From Vulcanimicrobiota bacterium (GTDB lineage Bacteria; Vulcanimicrobiota; Vulcanimicrobiia; Vulcanimicrobiales; Vulcanimicrobiaceae), in the NCBI GenBank assembly GCA_963695225.1, contig OY968762.1, forward strand, positions 416,001 through 480,000: 64,000 nucleotides of DNA, given 5' to 3'. Under the pieces are notes generated by a model, which was given only the letters and a program-made list of their open reading frames with translations, was not told the DNA's origin and ran no database searches. Shown one piece after another: positions 23,181 through 32,911 of this stretch (positions are counted from its first letter, which is position 1; each line of letters opens with the position of its first letter). A program made the translations under genes and the position numbers.

Positions 23181-24303
23181 CGGAAGGGAAGCCGCCGGGC
23201 TCTTGCCGCTCGCGACGTTCGCCGGCCGCGTCTGCGGAGGCCCGACGCCGCTGCTCGCGCTTCGCGTCGAAGCGTTCGCGGAGACGGCTTGGCGGCACGG
23301 GCGCCGCGCCGCGCTCCGGGCCGAGCGGCGCTGCGCGAGCGCGTTCGTGATCGCTGCGCGCCGGGTCTTGCGGGCCTCGGACTTGCTGGGGCACGATCCG
23401 CGCAGCGCGGTCTTCGTCGCGGCACTGACGACGCCGGGGCGGCGCGAGGCGGGCCAAGCCTTTGCAGCGGATTGCCGGTCGGCGCTCGCGCGCATCGCGT
23501 CGGCGATGGAACTGACGACGGGGCTTCGCATGGAGACCGGGTGGACGCTCGGGAGCGTTTCCCCGGCCTCGGTGCGGATCAGGATCGACGAGGCATTCGA
23601 GCGCGGCGCCCGGGAGCGCGAGCGCTACGCGTTCTTTTCCCTCGTGGGGCACGAGCTGCGCACTCCGCTGACCTCGATTCGAGGGTATCTCGACGCTCTG
23701 ATCGAGGACGAGGTCGAAGGTGAGTCCGTTCGCGCGTTCCTGGAGACGGCGCGCAGCGAGGCGCTCCGGCTGGGGCGATTCCTCGACGGGATGTTCGAGC
23801 TCTCGCTGATCGACGCGGGCCTGCACGGCACCCCGCGAAGCTGCGATCCCGCCCCGATCGTCCTGGAGGCGCTGGCGGCGGTGCATCCCGCGGCGCGCGC
23901 GCGGGGGATTTCCCTGCTGCACGAGCTCGAGCACGGGTTGTTCGTGCGCGTCGATGCGGACCTGCTCTCGCAAGTCGTCGGCAACGTGATCGACAACGCG
24001 CTCAAGTACGGCGCGCCGGACGGCCTCGTGCACGTCGGGATGCGGGCGCTTGACGAGCGCTTCGTCGAAGTCTCGATCGACGACGACGGCCCCGGGATCG
24101 CGACGCACGAGCGCGAGGCGATCTTCGTGCTCGGATACCGTTCGGCGTCCGGCGGAGCCGGGAGCGGGATCGGGCTCGCCGTCGCGCGGCTGATCGTCGA
24201 ACGCTCCGGCGGCGAGATCGACGTCGTGGACGGCCGCTTCGGCGGCGCCTGCTTTCGCGTGCGGCTCCCGCGCGAAGCCACGGTGCCGCCCGGCGGCGCT
24301 TAG
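23155..24303 (+). CDS. Cytoplasmic sensor histidine kinase with degenerate GGDEF-like N-terminus
   Basis: HELRTPLTSI, NVIDNALKY, DDGPGI, GSGIGL; no TM segment. Confidence 0.88.
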   Translation: MDTSSVRPDGREAAGLLPLATFAGRVCGGPTPLLALRVEAFAETAWRHGRRAALRAERRCASAFVIAARRVLRASDLLGHDPRSAVFVAALTTPGRREAGQAFAADCRSALARIASAMELTTGLRMETGWTLGSVSPASVRIRIDEAFERGARERERYAFFSLVGHELRTPLTSIRGYLDALIEDEVEGESVRAFLETARSEALRLGRFLDGMFELSLIDAGLHGTPRSCDPAPIVLEALAAVHPAARARGISLLHELEHGLFVRVDADLLSQVVGNVIDNALKYGAPDGLVHVGMRALDERFVEVSIDDDGPGIATHEREAIFVLGYRSASGGAGSGIGLAVARLIVERSGGEIDVVDGRFGGACFRVRLPREATVPPGGA

Positions 24304-25463
24304 CCGTCGCGCCCGGTAAGCTCCCGCGTCGCATCGAGCGCGCGCGTGAGGTCGTCGATGAGATCCTCGAGATCCTCGATCCCGACGGAAAGGCGCAGGA
24401 GCCCGTCCGTAATGCCGCGCCGCTCGCGATCTTCCTTGGGGATGGAGCCGTGCGTCATCCGCGCCGGATGGCACAGCAGCGACTCGACGCCGCCGAGGCT
24501 TTCGGCGAGGCTGAACAGCTTCGTCTCCTTCGCGAACGCGAACGCGCGCGCTTCGGGGCCGCGCAGCGTGAACGAGAGCATGCCGCCGAAGCCGCGCATC
24601 TGACGCTTCGCCAGCTCGTGTTGCGGGTGGGAGGGCAGGCCGGGATAATTCACGCGCGCGACGTCGTCGCGTCCTTCCAGAAACCGCGCGATGCCGAGCG
24701 CGTTGCGCTCGTGCTCGCGCATGCGCAGCGCGAGCGTCTTCGCGCCGCGCAGCGTGAGCCATGCATCCAGCGGGCCGGGGACGCCGCCCACCGCGTTCTG
24801 ATGGAACTTCAGCGACTCGTCCAGAGACGCGTCGTTCGTGAGCGCGGCGCCCCCGATCACGTCGCTGTGCCCGCCGATGTACTTCGTCGTCGAGTGGACG
24901 ACGACGTGCGCGCCGAGCGCGAGCGGCGATTGGAAGTACGGCGAGGCGAACGTGTTGTCGACGACGACGATCTGCCCCGGCAGCGCCAATTTCGCGACCG
25001 CGGCAATGTCGATCAGTTTCATCATCGGGTTCGTCGGCGTCTCGAGCCAGAGCAGTTTCGTCGCGGGGACGATCGCGGCGCGAACGGCGGCGAGGTCCGT
25101 CATGTCGACGTAGCTGAAGGAGATGCCGTAGCGCGCGAGCACCTTCGAGAAGAGCCGGTACGTGCCGCCGTAGAGATCGTCGGTGACGACGGCGTGATCG
25201 CCCGCCGAGAGGCAGTTCAGCACGGCCGACGTCGCCGCCATGCCGCTCGCGAACGCGCGCGCGTAGCGCGCCTCTTCTAGCGCCGCGAGTTGCTCTTGCA
25301 GAGCCGTCCGCGTCGGATTCGCGGTGCGGCTGTAGTCGTAGCCTTTGTGCTCGCCGATCCCCGACTGCGTGTAGGTCGAGGTCTGGTAGATCGGAACGAT
25401 CGTCGCCCCGGTCGCCGGGTCGGCATCTTGCCCGCTGTGGATCGCGCGCGTGCTGAATTTCAT
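24300..25463 (-). CDS. Cystathionine gamma-synthase/lyase
   Basis: PIYQTSTY, YSRTANPT, FASGMAA, DNTF, HSTTKYIGGHSD, AESLGGVESL. Confidence 0.93.
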   Translation of the reverse strand: MKFSTRAIHSGQDADPATGATIVPIYQTSTYTQSGIGEHKGYDYSRTANPTRTALQEQLAALEEARYARAFASGMAATSAVLNCLSAGDHAVVTDDLYGGTYRLFSKVLARYGISFSYVDMTDLAAVRAAIVPATKLLWLETPTNPMMKLIDIAAVAKLALPGQIVVVDNTFASPYFQSPLALGAHVVVHSTTKYIGGHSDVIGGAALTNDASLDESLKFHQNAVGGVPGPLDAWLTLRGAKTLALRMREHERNALGIARFLEGRDDVARVNYPGLPSHPQHELAKRQMRGFGGMLSFTLRGPEARAFAFAKETKLFSLAESLGGVESLLCHPARMTHGSIPKEDRERRGITDGLLRLSVGIEDLEDLIDDLTRALDATRELTGRDG

Positions 25464-25464
25464 G

Positions 25465-26850
25465 CTATGCGCTCGCCGCACCGGAGAGGTGCGAGATGAT
25501 GTCCTGCCGCGTGATCACGCCGAGCGGCTTGCCCTCGCGCATCACGACGATTGCACTATTCGCGAGCGTCAGGAGGCGGTACGCGCGATCGATCTCGGCG
25601 CCCGCGTCGAGCGTCGGAAACGGCCGCCCCATCACGTCGCGCACCGGCTTGTGGATGAGGTCGGCTTGATCGAACACGGCTTGCATCACGGCGACGTCGT
25701 TGATGCTGCCGATGACCTCGTCGCCTTGCGCGACGGGCAATTGCGAAATCTCGTAGCGGCGCAAGAGGTCGAGCGCGTCCTTGACGACGTCTTCGGGCCG
25801 CACGGTGATCAGCGGCGGGAGCGGCCGTTTTCCCAGCAGGACGTCCCCGACGGTCGCCTGGCGGCGCCCCTCCGCGATGAACCCGTTCGCCGTCATCCAC
25901 TCGTCGTTGAAGATCTTCGACATGTAGCCGCGCCCGGAATCCGGGAAGATCACGACGAGTACGGCGTCGGGGCCGAGCGTTTGCGCGACGCGCAGTGCGG
26001 CGACGGCCGCCGTCCCCGACGAGCCGCCGACGAGCAAGCCCTCCTCGCGCGTGATGCGGCGCGCCATCAGGAACGACTCGCGATCGGAAACGCGCAGCAT
26101 CTCGTCGATCACCTTCATGTCGACGGTCTCGGGGAGATACGACATCCCGATTCCCTCGACTTTGTACGATTTCGGCGTGTCGCCCGAGTAGATCGAACCC
26201 TCGGGGTCGGCCCCGATCACGCGAATCTGCGGGTTGCGCTCTTTCAGATACCGCGCCGTCCCGGAGATCGTCCCGCCCGTCCCTATCCCCGAAACGAGGT
26301 GCGTGACCTTGCCGCCCGTTTGGTCCCAGATCTCGGGGCCGGTCGTGCGATAATGTGCGTCGGGGTTCGCATGGTTGTGCCACTGATTCGGCATGATGGC
26401 GCCCGGGATTTCGGCGACGAGCCGCTCGGCGACGTTGTAGTAGGATTCAGGAGAATCGCCCGGGACGTTCGTCGGCGTGACGACGACTTCGGCGCCGTAC
26501 GCACGCAAGAGGTCGATCTTTTCCTTCGACATCTTGTCGGGCATCACGAGGATGCAGCGATAGCCGCGGATCGCCGCCGCCATCGCGAGGCCGGTCCCGG
26601 TGTTCCCGCTCGTCGCTTCGACGAGCGTCGCCCCGGGCCGCAGGATTCCGGCGCGTTCGGCGTCCTCGATCATCGCAACGGAGGGCCTGTCCTTTACGCT
26701 TCCGCCCGGATTGACGTACTCGACCTTCGCGAGCACGAGACAGCGCGCGCCGTCCGTCACGCGGTTCAAGCGGATCAGCGGCGTGTCGCCTACGGCGTCG
26801 AGCGCGTTCTCGTAGTAGGAGGTCCGGCGGTTCGAATGCGGAGCGATCAT
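25465..26850 (-). CDS. Cystathionine beta-synthase with C-terminal CBS domains
   Basis: NPGGSVKDR, TSGNTG, GIGTGGT, and a CBS pair (ISQLPV, GVITRQD). Confidence 0.92.
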   Translation of the reverse strand: MIAPHSNRRTSYYENALDAVGDTPLIRLNRVTDGARCLVLAKVEYVNPGGSVKDRPSVAMIEDAERAGILRPGATLVEATSGNTGTGLAMAAAIRGYRCILVMPDKMSKEKIDLLRAYGAEVVVTPTNVPGDSPESYYNVAERLVAEIPGAIMPNQWHNHANPDAHYRTTGPEIWDQTGGKVTHLVSGIGTGGTISGTARYLKERNPQIRVIGADPEGSIYSGDTPKSYKVEGIGMSYLPETVDMKVIDEMLRVSDRESFLMARRITREEGLLVGGSSGTAAVAALRVAQTLGPDAVLVVIFPDSGRGYMSKIFNDEWMTANGFIAEGRRQATVGDVLLGKRPLPPLITVRPEDVVKDALDLLRRYEISQLPVAQGDEVIGSINDVAVMQAVFDQADLIHKPVRDVMGRPFPTLDAGAEIDRAYRLLTLANSAIVVMREGKPLGVITRQDIISHLSGAASA

Positions 26851-26946
26851 CCGGAACAGTTCCCCGGCCCGCCGGCGCTTCATTCCCCCGGCGTCCAGAG
26901 GGCGCGCCCCGCATCCCCGAGCGGGACTACCCGTGTCTTGAGCGGC

Positions 26947-27300
26947 ATGGCTACCGACTTTCGTTCAGGACACGATTTCCCGCGCCGCGGCCGCGACGAG
27001 TACGGCGGTTTTCTGTGGCTCTTGCGCGTCTTCGACAAGGCGCGGGCCGCGGCGGACGGCACGATCCACGATTACATCTATCCGTGCCCGATGGATCGCG
27101 GCGTCTTCGAACGCTGGGGGATCACCCCCGCGGAGTTCGACGGCGCGCTCCGCGCGAACCGCACGGACGACGCGATCCTGGCGTGGTTGAACGCGCGCGT
27201 CTCGGCGGCGCAGCGCGAGGCCGCGAATCACTGGGTCTCGGTCGAAAAGGCAGCGAACTTGGACCGGCAGGATAGCGAAGAGGGCGCCGTCTCCGCCTGA
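26947..27300 (+). CDS. DUF5069-like protein
   Basis: MATDFRS..FPRRGR..GG..WL.R..DKARA...GTI.DY.YPCPMD. Confidence 0.75.
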   Translation: MATDFRSGHDFPRRGRDEYGGFLWLLRVFDKARAAADGTIHDYIYPCPMDRGVFERWGITPAEFDGALRANRTDDAILAWLNARVSAAQREAANHWVSVEKAANLDRQDSEEGAVSA

Positions 27301-27314
27301 CGGAAAACGCGCGC

Positions 27315-27668
27315 ATGCCGATCGCGCGCCGTGCCGTTCTTGCGCTCTCCATGGGCGCGCTCGCCGCGTTCGCCGCGGGCTGTGGACCGGCTGCGATTCC
27401 TCCTGCCGAACAATTCGCGTCGGTCGCCGGTACCGTACGCGACGGCGCAACCGGCGCCCCGATTCCCGGTGCGTTCGTGACGATCAATTTCGTCCTGAGC
27501 GCGACGGCCGGCGTCGACGGGCGGTACCTGGTGCAGAACGTTCCGATCGGCCCGTGGTCCTACGTCGCCGGCGCGCCGAACTACGGTTCGGTTCAGAGCA
27601 CGAACCCGCCGCCGCTCTCGCCGGGAGAGAAGCGCACGAACTTCGACATTTCGCTCGTGCGCTTGTAG
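27315..27668 (+). CDS. Lipoprotein with carboxypeptidase-regulatory-like domain
   Basis: Lipobox AAGC; GTVRDGATGAPIPGA.V...T..DGRY. Confidence 0.75.
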   Translation: MPIARRAVLALSMGALAAFAAGCGPAAIPPAEQFASVAGTVRDGATGAPIPGAFVTINFVLSATAGVDGRYLVQNVPIGPWSYVAGAPNYGSVQSTNPPPLSPGEKRTNFDISLVRL

Positions 27669-27673
27669 CGGCA

Positions 27674-28810
27674 TTGCGGCGCGTCGTCGTAGCGCCCGAC
27701 AAGTTCAAGGGCAGCGCGAGTGCGTTGGAGGTCGCGCGCGCGCTCGAACGCGGCCTGCGCGACGCGTGGGGCGAGGCGTGCGAGATCCGCCTCGTTCCGA
27801 TGGCCGACGGCGGCGAGGGGACGGTCGACGCGTTCGTGGAGAGCGGCGCGCGGCGCGTCGTTAGCCGCGTGCACGGGCCGCTCGGAGCGCCCGTCGACGC
27901 GGCGTTCGCGCTCGACGGCGAGCGCGCCATCGTCGAGATGGCGGCGGCTTCGGGGCTTGCGCTCCTTGCGCCGCGGGAGCGCGACCCGCTGCGCGCTTCG
28001 AGCGAGGGGACGGGCGAGTTGATCCGCGCCGCACTCGACGCGGGAGCCCGCGCGATCGTCGTGGCGATCGGCGGGAGCGCGACGAACGACGGCGGGAGCG
28101 GGATGCTGCGCGCGCTCGGCGCGCGCTTCCTCGACGGCGCCGGCGAAGAACTGCAGCCTGGTGGCGCCGCGCTCGCGCGGCTCGCCCGCATCGACACGGG
28201 CGGCCTCGACCCGCGCCTCCGCGAGACCGGTTTCGAGGTCGCGGCGGACGTCGATATCCCGCTGTGCGGACCGCTTGGGGCGAGCGCGCTGTTCGGGCCG
28301 CAGAAGGGGGCGAACGCCGGGGGCGTCACGCTCCTCGATGCGGCGCTCGCCCGGTACGCCGCGGTCGCGGCCGAACTCCTCGGGCGGGATTCGAGCGCGG
28401 AGCCGGGGAGCGGTGCGGCGGGGGGCCTGGGATTCGCGCTGAGGGCGTTTTTCGGCGCTCGATTGCGCCCGGGCGTCGAGATCGTTGCAGATGTGCGCGG
28501 CTTGAACGAGGCGCTGGCGGGCGCGCGCGCGTGCCTGACGGGCGAGGGCGCGATCGACGCGCAGACGCTGCGCGGGAAGACGGTCGGCGGAGTCGCGGGG
28601 CGCGCCCGGGCCTGCGGCGTCCCTTGCGTCGCCTTCGCCGGGACGCTCGACGCGCAGGCGGAGGCGGCGTTGGCGGAGCGAGGAATCGTCGCGTTCCCGA
28701 TCCTCGACCGGCCGATGACGCTCGGCGAAGCGCAAGCGGGATGCACCGCGCTGTTGGAGCGTGCTGCAGCGCGCTTGGCGCGGCTCTTGAGTTCGCGCCC
28801 GGAAGGTTAG
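27674..28810 (+). CDS. glxK: Glycerate kinase
   Basis: APDKFKGS, PMADGGEGT, EMAAASGL, IGGSATNDGG, GAAGGLG, TGEG. Confidence 0.93.
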   Translation: MRRVVVAPDKFKGSASALEVARALERGLRDAWGEACEIRLVPMADGGEGTVDAFVESGARRVVSRVHGPLGAPVDAAFALDGERAIVEMAAASGLALLAPRERDPLRASSEGTGELIRAALDAGARAIVVAIGGSATNDGGSGMLRALGARFLDGAGEELQPGGAALARLARIDTGGLDPRLRETGFEVAADVDIPLCGPLGASALFGPQKGANAGGVTLLDAALARYAAVAAELLGRDSSAEPGSGAAGGLGFALRAFFGARLRPGVEIVADVRGLNEALAGARACLTGEGAIDAQTLRGKTVGGVAGRARACGVPCVAFAGTLDAQAEAALAERGIVAFPILDRPMTLGEAQAGCTALLERAAARLARLLSSRPEG

Positions 28811-30195
28811 GGGAGCACCGCCCCGCCGCGATCGGGGCGCGCGGCGGGGGCGGGCGCCTGCGCCGGAACGCCGTGCGGCGGGCTCATCCGCACGAGCGAG
28901 GATCGATTCGCGACGAAGCGATCGATGATCTTCAAGATCACGTCGGCGAGCTTCTGCGGATCGTGGCGCACGGTCTGCGTTTCGCTGATGACGTCGGCGC
29001 CGATGACGGTGACGCCGAGCTCTTCGATCGCGCGCCGGTCGGGTTTGACGGGGACCTGCCCGCCCTGAGCGTAGGCGTCGAGCAAGCGGCGCGGCGGCCG
29101 CTCGTTGATGACCGCGTAATCGCAAACGTGCTCGCCGGCCTGTTCCCGCAGCACGCGCACGTGATTTGAGGCGGAGAAATCGTCGGTTTCGCCCGGCTGC
29201 GTCATCACGTTGCAGACGTAGATCTTCGGGCAGGCCGCCTTCGCGATCTCGCGGGAGATGCCGTCGACGAGCAAGTTCGGCAAGATCGAAGTGTAGAGGC
29301 TGCCCGGGCCGAGGACGATCGCATCGGCCTCATGGATCGCTTGGAGAACTTCCGGCAACGGAGCGGGACGGGACGGTTCGAGCGCGATGCGCGCGATCGC
29401 GGTCTTCGACTGCGAGATCTTCGTCTCGCCTTCGATGTGGCTGCCGTCTTCGAGGTCGGCGACGAGGCGCACGGTCGCGAGCGTCGCCGGGAGGACGCGC
29501 CCTTTGATGTTGAGCACGCGGCTCGATTCCTTGATCGCGCGATCGAAGTTCCCGGTGATGCCGGTCATTGCCGCGAGGAACAGGTTGCCGAACGAATGCC
29601 CCGTAAGGCCCTGCCCTTCGGCGAAGCGATACTGGAACAGATCGGTGACGAGCGCTTCGTCATCCGCGAGGGCGACGAGACAATTGCGGATGTCCCCCGG
29701 CGGCAGGATGCCGAGCTCCTTTTGCAAGCGGCCCGAGCTCCCGCCGTCGTCGCTGACGGTCACGATCGCGGTGAGATTCGACGTGTAGCGCTTGAGGCCG
29801 CGCAGCAGCGTGGATAGGCCGGTCCCGCCGCCGAGCGCGACGATCTTGTAGCCGCGCCGCAGCCGCATGTCGAACAGCGCGTCGACGATGCGGTCGCCGC
29901 CGTCCGGCTGCAGGGCGGTGACGATCGAGCGCATCCATTGACGGATGCCGAAGAAGAGCATGACGGCGCCGATCGCGATGAAGATCGGTCCGAGCCACGG
30001 GAGGGGCATGAGGTCGTCGAAGAAGTCGTCGATCCGCTCGTTGATGTTGAAGTGCGCGCCTTCCTCGGTCAGCCAACGGGAGATGCCGTTCACGAGCAGG
30101 ATGCCGCCCATGACGGCCACCGAGAGCCAACGCTTCACCCCGAGGCCGGGGTAGAGCCAGCGCGCCAACTTGAGCGGATCGAACTCTTTTTTCAC
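28807..30195 (-). CDS. yvcK: YvcK/GlmR gluconeogenesis factor with N-terminal membrane extension
   Basis: GGGTGLSTLLRGLK, DDGGSSGRL, PPGDIRNC, GHSFGN, GPGSLYTS. Confidence 0.93.
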   Translation of the reverse strand: MKKEFDPLKLARWLYPGLGVKRWLSVAVMGGILLVNGISRWLTEEGAHFNINERIDDFFDDLMPLPWLGPIFIAIGAVMLFFGIRQWMRSIVTALQPDGGDRIVDALFDMRLRRGYKIVALGGGTGLSTLLRGLKRYTSNLTAIVTVSDDGGSSGRLQKELGILPPGDIRNCLVALADDEALVTDLFQYRFAEGQGLTGHSFGNLFLAAMTGITGNFDRAIKESSRVLNIKGRVLPATLATVRLVADLEDGSHIEGETKISQSKTAIARIALEPSRPAPLPEVLQAIHEADAIVLGPGSLYTSILPNLLVDGISREIAKAACPKIYVCNVMTQPGETDDFSASNHVRVLREQAGEHVCDYAVINERPPRRLLDAYAQGGQVPVKPDRRAIEELGVTVIGADVISETQTVRHDPQKLADVILKIIDRFVANRSSLVRMSPPHGVPAQAPAPAARPDRGGAVLP

Positions 30196-31079
30196 GCGCG
30201 GATGTCCCGGTGATCGACGATCACGAGCTCGACTCGCCCGCTCTTGCGAACGTGCTCGGCGATGCGTTCCGCGGTGAAGACCGAGCGATGCCTCCCGCCG
30301 GTGCAGCCGATCGCGACGGTCAAACGCGACTTCCCTTCCTCGACGAGATACGGTAAGAGGAAATCGATCATGCCGTCGATGCGGTCGATGAATTCTATCG
30401 AGGCGGGAACCTCGCGCAAGAACGCCGCGACCGCTTCGTCGCGGCCGTTGAGATTCTTGAGCTCGGGAACGTAGTTCGGGTTCGGGAGGAAGCGCACGTC
30501 GAAGACGAGATCTGCGTCGACCGGCAGGCCGTACTTGAAACCGAACGACGTGATGACGACGGCCAAACGCTGCTCGCGCGTGCGATCGCCGAACGCGGCG
30601 GCGATGCGATTCTTGAGCGCCGCGTGCGTGTAATCAGAAGTGTCCCAAATTCGGTCGGCTTGTTCGCGCAGCGGCTCGAGCTCTTTGCGTTCGCGTTCGA
30701 TCGCGTCGCGCAACGAGCCCCCGTCTTCGAACGGATGGCGCCGCCGGGTCTCGCTGTATCGTCGCACGATCGTCTCGTCGCTCGCATCAAGGTACAGAAG
30801 GTCGAAAGTGATCCCTCGCGAGCGCAGCATTTCGAGCGCGGGGATCGCCTCACCAAACGGACCGTGAGAGCGCACGTCGAGCGCGAGTGCCAAACGCTCG
30901 ATGCCGGAATGCGCGCAGAGCTCGACGAGTTCGAGCGTGAGCTTGGGCGGGAGATTGTCGAGGCAGTGAAAGCCGAAGTCTTCGAACGATTTCATCGCCT
31001 GACTCTTCCCGGCGCCGGAAAGCCCGGTAACGACGACGAATCGAGCGAATTTCACCGCCCGCGCTGGGGTCGTACTCAT
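30192..31079 (-). CDS. rapZ: RNase adapter RapZ (YvcJ)
   Basis: TGLSGAGKS, DNLPP, SFGFKYG, DVRFLPNP, GCTGGRHRSV; alternative GTG start at 31055. Confidence 0.95.
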   Translation of the reverse strand: MSTTPARAVKFARFVVVTGLSGAGKSQAMKSFEDFGFHCLDNLPPKLTLELVELCAHSGIERLALALDVRSHGPFGEAIPALEMLRSRGITFDLLYLDASDETIVRRYSETRRRHPFEDGGSLRDAIERERKELEPLREQADRIWDTSDYTHAALKNRIAAAFGDRTREQRLAVVITSFGFKYGLPVDADLVFDVRFLPNPNYVPELKNLNGRDEAVAAFLREVPASIEFIDRIDGMIDFLLPYLVEEGKSRLTVAIGCTGGRHRSVFTAERIAEHVRKSGRVELVIVDHRDIRA

Positions 31080-31439
31080 ATGAAGTTGTTTTCGCCTGAA
31101 AAGGCCAACGCCCTCATCCCGGTGCTCGAACCGTTGATCGAAGAGATGTGGCAGAAGCGCCGGGAGCTGGCGATCCTGCTCTTGGAGGGGGACCCTGCGA
31201 TCTCCACCGGTCATGTGAGGCAGACCCGGCAGATTGCCGAGTTGAAGGCCGAGGTGATCCGGCTGGTCCATCGGATCGAGTCCCACGGCTGCGTCATGAA
31301 GGATCTGGATCTCGGGCTGCTGGACTTTCCGGCGCTCCGCGAGGGGCGGCCGATCCTATTCTGCTGGAAGCCGGGAGAGCCGGTGATCTCGTATTGGCAC
31401 GGAGCAGAGGAGAACTTCTCCCACCGCAAGCCGCTCTGA
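31080..31439 (+). CDS. DUF2203 family protein
   Basis: F..EKANALIP...KDLDLGLLDFP...CWKPGE..I.YWH..E.F..RKPL. Confidence 0.85.
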   Translation: MKLFSPEKANALIPVLEPLIEEMWQKRRELAILLLEGDPAISTGHVRQTRQIAELKAEVIRLVHRIESHGCVMKDLDLGLLDFPALREGRPILFCWKPGEPVISYWHGAEENFSHRKPL

Positions 31440-31499
31440 GTCGAAAAGCAGCGGGCGCGTCTCACGACACGCCCGCGTTCGCTATCCGCCGCCTCGCGT

Positions 31500-31904
31500 T
31501 CAGGCCGGCGAGCCGGCGGGCTGTTCGACCTTGACGAAGTCCTCCGCGAGCCCTTGGAGCCGGATTTCGCCGAACGTCACGGTGTAGGCGCCGTTCTCGA
31601 CGCTCTGCACGGCGCCCAACTCGGGCGCGTCGGCGAGCTGCGGGATCTTGCTGCGAATCTCGTTCGGCAGCCGGACGGTATCGCCGACGTTCAGCCCGCC
31701 CTGCTCGAAGAGCAGCTCCAGTTCCTCGAGGAGCATGGGGAGCGGAATGCCGTAGCCGGCACTCACTTGCTCGACGGTCTCGTGCTCGCTGATCGCGCAA
31801 TTCGCGCAGCCGCCGAGATGGAACTTGGCGAAGACGCGGCGCGCGCCGGCGTGCGTCTTGAACGCCTGTTCCACGGTCATATCTTTATTGAAGTGCTCGC
31901 TCAC
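31500..31904 (-). CDS. DUF1858-like (CxxC) small protein
   Basis: MTVEQA...VFAKFHLGGCANCAISEHETVEQV...YGI. Confidence 0.65.
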   Translation of the reverse strand: MSEHFNKDMTVEQAFKTHAGARRVFAKFHLGGCANCAISEHETVEQVSAGYGIPLPMLLEELELLFEQGGLNVGDTVRLPNEIRSKIPQLADAPELGAVQSVENGAYTVTFGEIRLQGLAEDFVKVEQPAGSPA

Positions 31905-32090
31905 CCTAACCCCTCACTTCGTGGGTACTAACCCCACCGAGCATTTTGTTTCATCAACTGTGCCCACACGCCTCGCGGTTGCACATCGCCGTTCGGCTAA
32001 TGGAAACCGGCCCGGGTTCGATGGAATTCGGACTTATGTCGCACTCGCGGCCCCGGGGGAGCGCATTTGCCGATCGCCAATCAATGATCC

Positions 32091-32451
32091 TTGTCTCCCG
32101 GGTGCCGGGCAGTCGCGCGCCGTCAAAGGCGTGAGGAAAGTCCGGGCTTCACCGGGCAGGGTGCAGGATAACGTCCTGTCGGGGCAACTCGAAGGAAAGT
32201 GCCACAGAAACATACCGCCGGGGCAACCCGGCAAGGGTGAAATCGTGAGGTAAGAGCTCACGGAGTTCCGCGGAGACGCGGGCTCGGGTAAACCCCACCT
32301 GAAGCAAGATTGCTCGATCCGCCCTACGGGGCTGGGCGGCCCGCCCAAACGAGCTACATCGCACCGAGGCGTCCGGCGACGGCCGCCCCAGAGAGATGGC
32401 TGCCGCCTCGCGAGAGGTACAGAATCCGGCTTATAGGCGCCCGGGAGACAA
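32091..32451 (+). ncRNA. rnpB: RNase P RNA (class A)
   Basis: GAGGAAAGTCCGGGC, GAAAGTGCCACAGAAA, GGTAAACCCC, AGAATCCGGCTTA; P1 helix GTCTCCCGGG/CCCGGGAGAC. Confidence 0.97.
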
Positions 32452-32546
32452 GCCTCGATCCGCTGCGCCTTCGGGCGAGCGCTTGCGCCGATGGAAGCCG
32501 CAGAGGGTAACGAACCGGGCCTGCGAATATGGGCGGTCGGCCTCTC

Positions 32547-32619
32547 GGGGGCATAGCTCAGTTGGTAGAGCATCACGCTGGCAGCGTGAGGGTCAGGAGT
32601 TCGAGTCTCCTTGCCTCCA
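32547..32619 (+). tRNA. tRNA-Ala(GGC)
   Basis: Cloverleaf; anticodon arm TCACG-CTGGCAG-CGTGA; G3:U70. Confidence 0.96.
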
Positions 32620-32724
32620 GATTTCGCAAGAGGGTCCGCAGTCGCGGGCTCTTTTGTTTTCGGCAGCCGGCGCGCAAAGAGAACGCGACGGCCGGAAACC
32701 CGTAAACCGTCGCGCTTTCAGTCC

Positions 32725-32797
32725 TGGAGATGAGGAGGCTCGAACTCCTGACATCCAACTTGCAAAGCTGGCGCTCTACCAACTGAGCTACATCCCC
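32725..32797 (-). tRNA. tRNA-Ala(TGC)
   Basis: GGGGATGTAGCTCAGTTGGTAGAGCG...TTTGCAA...GTTCGAGCC...CATCTCCA. Confidence 0.96.
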
Positions 32798-32911
32798 GCG
32801 CCGCCGACTGTTCTGAATCCGAATCGGGTTTTCCGCCCGCGCGGGCCGCCGCGGGTCCGGAGAGACGGCGCGGCGCGCCGCCGTCTCTCCGGGCCTTGCC
32901 GTTCTCTAAGA

